In this document: piece by piece, positions 10,310 through 18,473 of the stretch | How positions within the stretch are numbered: the first letter of the stretch is position 1 | How the letters are laid out: each line of letters starts with the position of its first letter | NCBI GenBank assembly: GCA_022340665.1 | Contig: JAJDNM010000049.1 | Span: 6,633 to 30,632 of the forward strand | Reading direction: 5' to 3' | Length of the DNA stretch: 24,000 nucleotides | Source of the DNA: Acidobacteriota bacterium | GTDB taxonomy: Bacteria > Acidobacteriota > Thermoanaerobaculia > Thermoanaerobaculales > Sulfomarinibacteraceae | Program-made: the position numbers and the translations under genes | Notes under the pieces: model-generated | The model's input: the letters and a program-made list of their open reading frames with translations, nothing else | Databases searched by the model: none | Told to the model about the DNA's origin: nothing

Positions 10310-11097
10310 GCCGCACCTCCTTCCCCGTCCTCCGATTCTTCGGCCTGCGGGCCGCCGCCGGGCGGGTAGACATCGGGGTAGATCGCGGCACCGGTATCGA
10401 TGCCCTCGACCGGGAAGTCCTTGCGTAATGGATGGCCGTTGAAGCCCTCCCAGGTCAGGATTCGCTCGAGCCCTGGGTGCCCTTCGAAGACGATCCCGAA
10501 CAGGTCATATACCTCGCGTTCCATCCAGTTGGCGGTCTTCCAGACTTCGGTCACGCTGGCCACCGGCGCTTCGTCGGCAACGATCGTCTGCAGCCGCAGT
10601 CGCTTCGAATCGTCGAACCGGTGCATCCAGTAGATGACGTCGAATCGCCCCTCCTCGCGCTCCGGCCAGTCGACCGCAGTGAGATCGACGAGGAACCTGT
10701 AGCCGCGCTCGCGCTTGAAAAAGCTGCAGATCTCGACGATGCGATCCGCCGGCACCGACATGGTCACCTCGCCGGCATACCGATCAGCCGCCAGGACCAC
10801 GCCCGGCATCTCCCCACCAAGCGCAACCGCATCCGGATCGTCGGACGCATCCTCGTGTGCCGGCGGCACCGGCTTCTCCTCCCAAGGATCCTTGGGTTCC
10901 GCCTCTTCGGCCTCCTTCTTCTTGGCAGCCGCCTTGGCCTTGGCCTCGGCGATCTTGGCGGCCTTCTCTTCATCGGAGAGAGGCTTCTTCTCCTTCACCG
11001 GTTTCTCCGGCGCGTCGGCGGCGGGAGTCTCAGGGGCCTTTTCCTCGGCGGGCGGTTTTTCTTCGGGTGGCGTGGTGGGCTTGTCGTCACTCATCAT
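10306..11097 (-). CDS. nuoC: NADH:quinone oxidoreductase subunit C with a low-complexity N-terminal extension
   Basis: The ORF 10306..11505 is trimmed to ATGATG at 11097, with GAGGTGG just upstream. The upstream part of the ORF overlaps nuoB in another frame. The core is NuoC/30-kDa-like (FLVDLTAVDW, NWMEREVYDLFGIVFEGHP, LRKDFP). Confidence 0.9.
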   Translation of the reverse strand: MMSDDKPTTPPEEKPPAEEKAPETPAADAPEKPVKEKKPLSDEEKAAKIAEAKAKAAAKKKEAEEAEPKDPWEEKPVPPAHEDASDDPDAVALGGEMPGVVLAADRYAGEVTMSVPADRIVEICSFFKRERGYRFLVDLTAVDWPEREEGRFDVIYWMHRFDDSKRLRLQTIVADEAPVASVTEVWKTANWMEREVYDLFGIVFEGHPGLERILTWEGFNGHPLRKDFPVEGIDTGAAIYPDVYPPGGGPQAEESEDGEGGAA

Positions 11098-11102
11098 CCA
11101 CC

Positions 11103-11591
11103 TCAGGAGGCCCGTGTGCGGGCGATGGTCTCGCGGTCGATCTTGCGCTGCAGCTGCATGAGACCGTAGAGGAGTGCCTCCGGCCGCGGCGGACACCCGG
11201 GAACGAAAACGTCGACCGGAACGATGCGGTCGACGCCCTGGGTCACCGCGTACGTCTTGTACGGCCCGCCGCAGGTCGCGCAGGAGCCCATCGCGAGAAC
11301 CCACTTGGGCTCGGCCATCTGGTGATACAGGCGCTTGACCATCGGCGCCATCTTCTCGGTTACCGTGCCGGCGACGATCATCATGTCCGCCTGGCGCGGC
11401 GATCCGCGGAAGACCTCGGCACCGAAGCGCGCCATGTCGTAGCGCGGGTCGAGCACCGCCATCATCTCGATGGCGCAGCACGCGAGGCCGAACTGCAACG
11501 GCCACAGAGACGAACGGCGCGCCCAGTTGAAGACGGCGTCATAGGTCGTGGTGATGATGTTCTTGTCGAATCGGTCTTCGATCAGGCCCAT
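11103..11591 (-). CDS. nuoB: NADH:quinone oxidoreductase subunit B
   Basis: The ORF is trimmed to the ATG at 11591 ([16 protein letters not shown]...). NuoB/PSST motifs include the N2-cluster cysteines ([32 protein letters not shown]). Confidence 0.95.
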   Translation of the reverse strand: MGLIEDRFDKNIITTTYDAVFNWARRSSLWPLQFGLACCAIEMMAVLDPRYDMARFGAEVFRGSPRQADMMIVAGTVTEKMAPMVKRLYHQMAEPKWVLAMGSCATCGGPYKTYAVTQGVDRIVPVDVFVPGCPPRPEALLYGLMQLQRKIDRETIARTRAS

Positions 11592-11938
11592 TCGAGAGCC
11601 CCCCTTCGCCACGCGTAGACATAGCCGACGAGGAGAATGGCCAGGAAAACCATCATCTCGATGAAACCGAAGAGCGCGAGCTTGTCGAAGATCACGGCCC
11701 ACGGGAAAAGGAAGATCGTCTCCACGTCGAAAATCACGAAGAGCACCGCGATCACGTAGTAACGGATGGAGAATCTCTTGTCGAGCGCGAAAGAGGTCGC
11801 TTTCACGCCACACTCGTACGGCTCGGCCTTCACCGGATCGTAGGAACCGAACCGCACCACCTTTGCCACCAGCAGGATGATGATCGGCACGGAGATCGCG
11901 ACCAGGGTGAAGATCAGGATCGGGACGTAGTGGTCCAT
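11582..11938 (-). CDS. nuoA: NADH:quinone oxidoreductase subunit A
   Basis: The ATG at 11938 is preferred because GGAGGAGGGG lies directly upstream; the ORF track starts at 11965. The sequence is NuoA-like (PYECG...[26 protein letters not shown]). Confidence 0.9.
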   Translation of the reverse strand: MDHYVPILIFTLVAISVPIIILLVAKVVRFGSYDPVKAEPYECGVKATSFALDKRFSIRYYVIAVLFVIFDVETIFLFPWAVIFDKLALFGFIEMMVFLAILLVGYVYAWRRGALEWA

Positions 11939-11963
11939 ACCCCTCCTCCAGTCGGGCGCGATC

Positions 11964-11991
11964 ATTCTAACGGCCGATCACCGCTTGTCAA
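11964..11991 (-). promoter_or_regulatory. Candidate sigma70-type promoter of the nuo operon
   Basis: The minus strand reads AAATTAT-TTGACA (11991-11986), a 16-nt spacer, then TAGAAT (11969-11964). The -10 element ends about 25 nt upstream of the nuoA ATG. This is a consensus match only, with no experimental support. Confidence 0.5.
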
Positions 11992-12000
11992 TAATTTCAC

Positions 12001-12215
12001 AAGCCTGGGGCTCACCATCTGTCGCCCCCTCCGGGGGCTTGAATCGCGGTTGGCGTCACGTTCCCTGGGGCTGACGCCCCAGGCTAACCGTATGACGCCC
12101 CCTTCGGGGGCTCATCTGGCCGAGCGCCGAAGGCGCGACACATGCGAAGCCTGGGGCGTGAGCCCCAGGGAAAAGGTGAATAAAACATCGATAAGCCGCG
12201 GAGCGGCGACAGATT
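12001..12215. repeat. REP-like GC-rich hairpin cluster (left flank of RAYT)
   Basis: Hairpins: GCCCCC-TCC-GGGGGC (12024-12038), CCTGGGGC-TGAC-GCCCCAGG (12064-12083), GCCCCC-TTC-GGGGGC (12097-12111), GCGCC-GAA-GGCGC (12124-12136), CCTGGGGC-GTGA-GCCCCAGG (12150-12169) and GCCGC-GGA-GCGGC (12195-12207). The motif CATCTGTC plus hairpin occurs in both orientations. Confidence 0.6.
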
Positions 12216-12219
12216 CAAA

Positions 12220-12666
12220 TCAACCGAGGTAGCGTTCTTTGACGTCCATTCCATGTTTGGTAAGCAGGATCTTCAGTTCTTCTTCAAACGATCGTCTCCG
12301 ATGGTGTCGCTCCTGGTTCCGTACATATTGAGCCACCGACGACACGGCCGATTGGCTGACTGAGAAGGCCCCGTATCCCCTCTGCCATCCAAATTTCATG
12401 GCCGTAGCCTTTTCGTTCATCATTTTCGACGAATTCGCCTTGATAGTCCGCACCAAATCCGCAACACACAATTTGGGGGGCACTCTCGCCAAGACATGAA
12501 CGTGATCTGGCATTCCACCCACGGCGATGATTGTGCCGCCCAACCCTTTGACAATACCTCCGACATACGGAAACAGCTGATTGCGGACGACCTGAGTCAT
12601 CAGTGGAATTCGTTCCTTGGTCGAAAAAACCAAGTGTACCGACAGGTTGCTGAACGCATCTGACAT
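12220..12666 (-). CDS. IS200/IS605-like Y1 (HUH) transposase, REP-associated tyrosine transposase (RAYT) type
   Basis: The ORF is trimmed to the ATG at 12666, with GGAGGA 4 nt upstream. The sequence MSDAFSNLSVHLVFSTKERIPLM...MPDHVHVLARV...FGWQRGYGAFSVSQS...AQYVRNQERHH carries an HxH (HUH) motif and a C-terminal catalytic-type Tyr (YVRNQ). It is flanked on both sides by REP-like hairpins. Confidence 0.85.
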   Translation of the reverse strand: MSDAFSNLSVHLVFSTKERIPLMTQVVRNQLFPYVGGIVKGLGGTIIAVGGMPDHVHVLARVPPKLCVADLVRTIKANSSKMMNEKATAMKFGWQRGYGAFSVSQSAVSSVAQYVRNQERHHRRRSFEEELKILLTKHGMDVKERYLG

Positions 12667-12708
12667 TTGATCCTCCGTATTGTGCGCGGAGTCCGACGGC
12701 CCCGCCGT

Positions 12709-12807
12709 CACACATCTATCGCCCCCTTTGGGGCCTCGCTTGTGATGTTGACCCCTTTTCCCCGAGGCTCACGCCCCGGGGCTCACCATCTGTCGCGCCT
12801 TCGGCGC
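12709..12807. repeat. REP-like hairpin cluster (right flank of RAYT)
   Basis: CATCTATC-GCCCC-CTTT-GGGGC lies at 12713-12734. GGGGCTCACCATCTGTCGC at 12778-12796 is identical to 12007-12025 and is followed by GCGCC-TTC-GGCGC (12795-12807). That hairpin is the reverse complement of 12124-12136. Confidence 0.6.
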
Positions 12808-12922
12808 TCCGATCCGAAAAGCGGTTAAACACTCATGGCCCGGGGAGTCATCCCCCGAAACAGAAGGGTTTGAGTCGGAGAGCTGCGAAGCTTCGTCACA
12901 CCCCTGCTTCGCACCGCAGCTT

Positions 12923-14485
12923 TCACGAATCCTTCCAATTGACGGAGGTCGAAAGTCTGGCGCCTGGATCTCGGTCGAGGCAACGGTAGGCGATCGCTTC
13001 GGCGAGATGGGTCGACGAAATCTGCACCTCCCCCGCGAGGTCGGCGATGGTGCGGGCGACCCTCAGAATCCGGTGGTATGCACGCGCCGACAACCCCAGC
13101 CCTCGGCTTGCATGTTCGAGCAATCGCCTTCCATCAGCATCCGGTTTGGCCCAGCGGCGAATGGCATCCGGACCCATCTCGCCGTTGCAGTGCGGGCCGG
13201 CGTCGGCAAACCGATGCGCCTGTCGGCGCCTGGCTGCGGCAACCCTTTTCGCAACGACCTCGGAAGTTTCTCCCCGTCGGTCGGCTGAAAGCTCCCGCCA
13301 CGGCACCGCCGGGACCGTCACCTGCAGGTCGAGGCGGTCGAGCAGCGGCCCGGAGATCCTCGCCCTGTATCTCTCCACCGCGACCGGCGTGCAGCGGCAC
13401 TCCCGTCGATCATCACCCAGATAACCACACGGGCACGGATTGGCGGCCGCAACCATTTGAAAGCTGGCCGGAAAGACCAACGTCGCCTGCGCTCGTGCCA
13501 CCGTCACCTGACGATCCTCCAGAGGTTGCCTCAAGGCCTCGAGCACATCCCGCCGGAATTCGGTCAGCTCGTCGAGGAAGAGCACGCCATTGTGTGCGAG
13601 CGAAGCCTCGCCCGGTTGAGGGCTGGCGCCACCTCCTATCAGTGCCGCCGCCGACGTGGTGTGATGCGGTGCTCGGAAGGGCCTTCTCGCCAGGAGGCCC
13701 ATCGGCCGGGGCACTCTCGTCGACACCGAAAAGACGCAGGTCGTCTCGATCGCTTCCTCGGTGATCATCGGCGGCAGGATCCCCGGCAGCCTCCGCGCGA
13801 GCATCGACTTCCCCGCTCCCGGCGGGCCTATGAAGAGGAGGTGGTGGCCTCCCGCCGCGGCAACTTCGAGCGCTCTTCTCGCCTGTTCCTGGCCAATGAC
13901 ATCGACGAGGTCGAAAAACGCGATTGGGTCCCTCCGTTCGCTTTCGGGGGACAGCCGGGGTGGCAGCGGAGTTCCGTCCCTGACGTATCGAACAACCTCA
14001 CCGAGGCTCCCCGCACCCACCACGCGAACCCCCGCGACCACCTCGCCTTCCGAGTGGTTCGCCGCCGGCACGACGACTTCTTCGATCCCGTGATCTCGAG
14101 CCGCCAGAACGATGGGCAGAACCCCTCGCACCGGCTGCATTTTTCCCTCGAGGGACAGTTCGCCGAGCAGCAGACGGCCGGTCAGTGCCTCCGGAGGTAC
14201 GTCTCCGGTGGTTGCGAGGAGGGCCATCGCCATCGCCAGGTCGAGTGCCGCACCCTCCTTGCGTTGGTCGGCGGGCGCCAGGTTGATCACTACATTGGCA
14301 GGTTCCGTACGCCGGCCGAGATGTCGGATTGCCGCGAAAATCCTCTCTCGCGCCTCGCGCACCGCGGTGTCGGGCAGACCAACCACCGTCACCGACGGCT
14401 GATGCGCGCGAATTCGATCCACCTCGACGGTCACGAACAACGCATCCACGCCTCGCGGCGTGGCAGAATACGCCTTCGCAAGCAT
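12923..14485 (-). CDS. comM: YifB/ComM-family Mg-chelatase-like AAA+ ATPase
   Basis: The ORF is trimmed to the ATG at 14485 (MLAKAYSATPRGVDA...), with GAGGAGAG upstream. It has a Lon-like N-terminal domain, a Walker A motif (GPPGAGKSMLARR) and a C-terminal helix-turn-helix-like region (RAYHRILRVARTIADL). Confidence 0.9.
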   Translation of the reverse strand: MLAKAYSATPRGVDALFVTVEVDRIRAHQPSVTVVGLPDTAVREARERIFAAIRHLGRRTEPANVVINLAPADQRKEGAALDLAMAMALLATTGDVPPEALTGRLLLGELSLEGKMQPVRGVLPIVLAARDHGIEEVVVPAANHSEGEVVAGVRVVGAGSLGEVVRYVRDGTPLPPRLSPESERRDPIAFFDLVDVIGQEQARRALEVAAAGGHHLLFIGPPGAGKSMLARRLPGILPPMITEEAIETTCVFSVSTRVPRPMGLLARRPFRAPHHTTSAAALIGGGASPQPGEASLAHNGVLFLDELTEFRRDVLEALRQPLEDRQVTVARAQATLVFPASFQMVAAANPCPCGYLGDDRRECRCTPVAVERYRARISGPLLDRLDLQVTVPAVPWRELSADRRGETSEVVAKRVAAARRRQAHRFADAGPHCNGEMGPDAIRRWAKPDADGRRLLEHASRGLGLSARAYHRILRVARTIADLAGEVQISSTHLAEAIAYRCLDRDPGARLSTSVNWKDS

Positions 14486-14679
14486 AATTCTCTCCTCAGT
14501 TGTCAGCGTGGATCGATTCGAGAATGACACCACCGCCGCCGTGCGTCAAGCCATTCAGCGTCGGGTAATCAGCAAATAGTCATCATTGATCAGTCCCCGA
14601 CCCTGATCACTGTTCACTGGAAACTGATGACTTTCGAGCCGCCGGGAATCCCCGGGCCCCTGCAAACGTAATAAAAGGT

Positions 14680-14708
14680 AGGTCAACAGGCGGTCGGCCT
14701 GTTAGAAT
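14680..14708 (+). promoter_or_regulatory. Possible ssrA promoter (-10 TAGAAT)
   Basis: TAGAAT at 14703-14708 lies 20 nt upstream of the mature tmRNA 5' end. The -35 region is only a weak match (AGGTCA/GGTCAA at 14679-14685). Confidence 0.3.
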
Positions 14709-14727
14709 GACCTGGACTGTCGAGCTT

Positions 14728-15076
14728 GGGGGCGTACTGGGTTCGACGGGGAACTATTTCGGTCGTCGGCAGCGTGTCGAGGGCCACCCGCTCGTAAATC
14801 GGGTGGAGGCAACTACAACTGCCGACAATAGCTACGCTCTGGCTGCGTAAGTAGCCACGTCCACCCCGAGGCTCGGCCCGTCGGTCTGGGGTGGACGATG
14901 CCAGACGGGCTGGATTGCCGTCGCGCCCGACGGCGGCGATCGAGATTTTTCGGGCTGGTCTCGCGGAAGGTTGCCAGCTAACTGACCGTGGGACGAGATG
15001 AAATAGCCGGCTGCACACGGAGAAACCGGCGATCGAAGTTCCTCGGACGTGGGTTCGATTCCCACCGCCTCCACCA
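14728..15076 (+). ncRNA. ssrA: tmRNA (transfer-messenger RNA)
   Basis: The 5' GGGGGCG pairs with the 3' CGCCUCC-A-CCA, including a G3:U70 wobble, which is the Ala identity element. A T-arm (GGTTCGATTCCCACC) is present. The internal tag ORF GCA ACT ACA ACT GCC GAC AAT AGC TAC GCT CTG GCT GCG TAA (14809-14850) encodes ATTTADNSYALAA*. Confidence 0.9.
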
Positions 15077-15111
15077 GGCTTCGTTTTCGACCCTTGGTCG
15101 GAAACGAAGCC
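15077..15111 (+). terminator. Strong stem-loop immediately after ssrA (probable terminator or processing hairpin)
   Basis: GGCTTCGTTTTCGAC (15077-15091) pairs with GTCGGAAACGAAGCC (15097-15111), giving 15 bp including one G:U and a 5-nt loop. No U-tract follows, so intrinsic termination is not certain. Confidence 0.5.
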
Positions 15112-15379
15112 TGTCCCGGCGTAGCCCGTAGGGCGAAACCGAACCTCTGCCCTCACGCCACACTTTGGTCGAAAACGCCGCCCAGTGCAAGCCAATAAGT
15201 CTACGCCACTGCCTCCAACAAATGCCGATCAAGAGTCGATGGATCGAGAGCAGAATTTGTGGCGTACAATGGAATCGCCAAGATGGCCGCCCGGTAAACG
15301 GCTGGCCGTTCGATAGTGTTCACAAGAAATCATGAATTCGTTGGGGCTCGCTCCCCAAAACGGAATCCCTGGGTATTTG

Positions 15380-16807
15380 ATGCGAAGAATTCAGATCATT
15401 CTCATTGCGCTGGTTCTCGGAACGGGTCTCCTCGCGGCACAGGAGTACAACCAGACCTTCGAGTTTCACTTCGAAGATCGGGCCATCGTCGTTCCGAAGT
15501 TCGGTCCAAAAGTGGAGGTTCTGCCGGTCCTCGAGCTCATCGGAGCGGAGCCGGGGTTCTCGCCGGCCGCGGGCACCTACGGCGTCCTCCGTGACGACCA
15601 CGTCATCCAGTTCGCGGTTGACCACAAGGTTCTGCTCGTCGACGGCGAACTTCGCGAAGCGCGCGAAGCCCCCGTAGCTTCACCAAGAGGCGTAGCAGCT
15701 TCTCTGAGCTATCTGGAGCGATGGCTGCTCAGTCCACTTGGATTTCATCTCGAGCCAATTCCCCGCGGTTACCGGATCGTGCCAGGGGCGCGCTTTGCCG
15801 AACCGATCGGCGTTCGTCCGGTTGCCGCCGATTTCGAGGCCACCACAACTCTCGTCCTGACTCTCAACCGGCCGGCGGAAGTCGATGTCGAGGAAATGCC
15901 CCCCGGCGTCATTACGGTTCGGTTCGAAGACGGTTCCCCGCAGCTCGACTCCTCGTTTCGGTTCAGCTCGCAAAGGGTGACCTCACTGACCAGCAGCGAC
16001 CAGGACATTTTCATCAGGCTCGCGAGTGGTGCCGGATTGACCTCGTGGCATCCACTCGAGAACCCCCCCAGGATCACCTTCGAGATCGGTGCCGCGCGAC
16101 CGACTCCGGTCCCTGCGCAGGCAAGGGCTCCAGTCGTCCGACCCACCGGGCCCAGACCGGTGGTGATCGACCCCGGCCACGGCGGTGACGACGTCGGCGC
16201 CCAATCACCAGAGGGGTTGCTGGAAAAAGACGTCACCCTTGCGATTGGGCGTCAACTGGCTAGAATTCTCGAAAATCGTGGCCATTCCGTGAGGCTCACA
16301 CGTGACGGCGATCAGAGTCGCGTCCTGACTGACCGCACGGCGTTCGCCAACCGCCTCGAGGCGCCGGCCTTCATCTCCCTGCATGCCAACGCGTCCACCT
16401 TTACCTCCGCCACCGGTGCCGAGACCTATTTCATGAGCCTCGACGGAGCCAGCGACGAGGCGGCGGCAGCAACCGCCGACCTGGAAAACCGGGCCGGATC
16501 TTTGCCTGAAGATCTCACGTCTCTCGATCTCATTCTCTGGGATCTCGCGCAGGCCGAGGTCCTCAATGAGAGTGCCGAGCTGGCGTTGGCCATACAGGGC
16601 CGACTCAACGCCCGCCTTGGCACCCGCGATCGGGGAGTCAAACAGGCGCCGTTCGTTGTCCTCAAGGGCGCCACCATGCCGGCGGTTCTGGTCGAGATCG
16701 GCTTCCTCTCGAACCGCACCGAAGCAGAGCGGTTGACCAGTCCCGAATACCAGCAACAGCTCGCCGAGGCCATCGCCATCGGTATCGAGGACTTCCTGAG
16801 GCGCTGA
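15380..16807 (+). CDS. N-acetylmuramoyl-L-alanine amidase (Amidase_3 family) with an N-terminal targeting domain
   Basis: The start is set at the ATG at 15380, which gives a signal peptide (MRRIQIILIALVLGTGLLAAQE); an alternative start lies at 15332. The C-terminal catalytic domain has motifs VVIDPGHGGDDVGA, ISLHANA, GAETYF and VLVEIGFLSN. Confidence 0.85.
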   Translation: MRRIQIILIALVLGTGLLAAQEYNQTFEFHFEDRAIVVPKFGPKVEVLPVLELIGAEPGFSPAAGTYGVLRDDHVIQFAVDHKVLLVDGELREAREAPVASPRGVAASLSYLERWLLSPLGFHLEPIPRGYRIVPGARFAEPIGVRPVAADFEATTTLVLTLNRPAEVDVEEMPPGVITVRFEDGSPQLDSSFRFSSQRVTSLTSSDQDIFIRLASGAGLTSWHPLENPPRITFEIGAARPTPVPAQARAPVVRPTGPRPVVIDPGHGGDDVGAQSPEGLLEKDVTLAIGRQLARILENRGHSVRLTRDGDQSRVLTDRTAFANRLEAPAFISLHANASTFTSATGAETYFMSLDGASDEAAAATADLENRAGSLPEDLTSLDLILWDLAQAEVLNESAELALAIQGRLNARLGTRDRGVKQAPFVVLKGATMPAVLVEIGFLSNRTEAERLTSPEYQQQLAEAIAIGIEDFLRR

Positions 16808-17373
16808 TGAACTGGCGTGTCGCCCTGATTGCGGTCGCCGCAGTAGCTTCAATCGCGCTGCTCGTCTGGCTGCTGAGCGGGAGTGAGCCACACCCGGTCA
16901 GCGAGGAAGACTTCCAGGCTGGGGCGTTGCCTACGCCGACGCCGGCACCCGAGCAGCGGGTCGTTCTCCTCTTCGCCGGTTCCGACGGATTGCTTCATCC
17001 CGAGCTTCGATCGGTGCCCCTACCCGAGGAAGTGTACGAGCGGATCCGCGTCGTGATGACGGAGCTGCTGGCTGGCCCCGAATCTACCTCGAACCTGGCC
17101 CCGCCGGTCCCATACGAAGCGTCACTCGACGCTGTATTCGTCGACAACAGCGGCCGCGCTTTCGTCGACATCACGGCCCCGCCGAACGAACTCGAGGGTT
17201 CGCGCATCGAGCTCATGCTCGCCTACGGAATCGTCAACTCGATCATTCTCAACTGCCCGGAGGTGTCGTCGGTGCAGATTCTCTTCGGCGGCCACGAGGT
17301 CGATTCGTTGACCGGACACCTCGATCTTTCCCGGCCGTTGGTGCTCAACAAGCGATTCATCGCCTCGTCCTGA
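16807..17373 (+). CDS. GerMN-domain protein (membrane-anchored)
   Basis: Its ATG overlaps the amidase stop (TGATG). It has an N-terminal TM anchor and a GerMN-like core (VLLFAGSDGLLHPELRSVP...VMTELLAGP...ELMLAYGIVNSI...VQILFGGHEV). Pairing with an amidase is common. Confidence 0.7.
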   Translation: MNWRVALIAVAAVASIALLVWLLSGSEPHPVSEEDFQAGALPTPTPAPEQRVVLLFAGSDGLLHPELRSVPLPEEVYERIRVVMTELLAGPESTSNLAPPVPYEASLDAVFVDNSGRAFVDITAPPNELEGSRIELMLAYGIVNSIILNCPEVSSVQILFGGHEVDSLTGHLDLSRPLVLNKRFIASS

Positions 17374-17465
17374 GCTACTCCGTCGTCTCGAATGAAGAAC
17401 CGAATAGCTGCCATCGACTCGGCGGCCACATCCGACCGGGTGGAGCTTCCGAAATTCCACATTCC

Positions 17466-18422
17466 TCAGTCCGATTTCGACTCTGCCCAACTGTACCCAT
17501 ATGCCACGCCAATGGAATTGAAGTCACCCCCGATGCGGGTGAACGCCCCGGTGCTGGCCGCGATTCGCAGTGAATGATTGCGACGGATTTGGATTGCCAC
17601 AGTCGCACCGACGCGAGAGTTTCGCTGGAGGTCATCGCTCTCGACACCATTGACGGTGGTCTGACCACCCCACCAGAAATTGCCATCCACCGCCACCCAC
17701 AACCCGGGCTTGATCAGATAGCGCGCGTGACACTGGGTCGAGAGGATCGGATCCTGCTCACGGGTGAGGCCTCCGAAGAAGTCCGTGTTGTCGGTGTAGA
17801 ACCAACCACCAACGTAACCGTCGATCGCCCACCGATCCATCACCCGGACAAATCCGATCTCCGGCTTGAACGACCATCGGTTTGTGCCGATATTGATCAA
17901 CTTCAATGGATCGTATTGTCCGGTCGGCGCCTTGACCAGCAAACTGGCGCCGATCAGAGTTCCGGGTCGGTAGCTCCGGAACTCCATTAGGCTCATGGCG
18001 GGCGCGCCGTAAAGATTGACGCCTACTCGAACACCCATGTCGCCGAGTCCGGAACGGTCCGCATACGCCTGTTCGCCGAGGTACAGACCTTCGAGGTGGC
18101 CGACCACGTAGGGCACATAGATCCCGATATTTGCCGATCGACCGGCGAAGTCGAACGTGCGGGCAAAGCCCAGACTCGAAAAGGTAATCTGGCCACTGGC
18201 GTCGTCGATCGGCCCCGATGGGTCGAACGCGAGATCACCGTCGTTGTATGCCGCCGTAAGGTTCACCAGGTTGACGCCATAGGGCGCCGGCGTGTAGGCC
18301 GCCGGCACCAGCTCCTGCGCCACGACGACATGTGCCAAGAGAGCCGACAGGCACATCGAAATGGCGACCGCTCCGTTCGAGAACGGCACCCGTTTCCGAT
18401 TCTCCAATCCCGGCGACATCAT
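17466..18422 (-). CDS. Outer-membrane beta-barrel protein (MetA-pathway/phenol-degradation-like 'transporter' family)
   Basis: The start is set at ATGATG at 18422, giving a signal peptide (...AVAISMCLSALLAHVVVAQE). The sequence has alternating beta-strand patterns, aromatic girdles and a C-terminal aromatic-rich strand (IGVAYGYSW). The family call comes from my recollection of similar sequences and was not searched. Confidence 0.6.
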   Translation of the reverse strand: MMSPGLENRKRVPFSNGAVAISMCLSALLAHVVVAQELVPAAYTPAPYGVNLVNLTAAYNDGDLAFDPSGPIDDASGQITFSSLGFARTFDFAGRSANIGIYVPYVVGHLEGLYLGEQAYADRSGLGDMGVRVGVNLYGAPAMSLMEFRSYRPGTLIGASLLVKAPTGQYDPLKLINIGTNRWSFKPEIGFVRVMDRWAIDGYVGGWFYTDNTDFFGGLTREQDPILSTQCHARYLIKPGLWVAVDGNFWWGGQTTVNGVESDDLQRNSRVGATVAIQIRRNHSLRIAASTGAFTRIGGDFNSIGVAYGYSWAESKSD

Positions 18423-18473
18423 CCGGAAGGATACCTCAGGAACCTCTGGAACTCGTTCGCCCCGCCACACCCC

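Noticed and set aside
10306-11813. The ORF track offers 5'-extended versions of nuoC (to 11505), nuoB (to 11813), nuoJ (to 7665) and nuoA (to 11965).
   Set aside because: The extensions overlap the preceding nuo gene in another frame, are Arg/Gly/Pro-rich and lack SD sequences. Internal starts have SD motifs or ATGA/GTGA coupling and give canonical N-termini.
14683-15232. Minus-strand ORFs (14683..15195, 14832..15074, 14978..15232) cover the ssrA locus.
   Set aside because: They overlap a confidently folded tmRNA with acceptor stem, T-arm and tag ORF, and they encode Arg/Gly/Pro-rich sequence. They are spurious.
15077-15379. The region downstream of ssrA could be a genomic-island integration site, since tmRNA genes are common att sites.
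   Set aside because: No integrase follows. No second copy of the ssrA 3' end (TTCGATTCCCACCGCCTCCACCA) occurs anywhere in the window. The next genes are ordinary cell-wall housekeeping genes.
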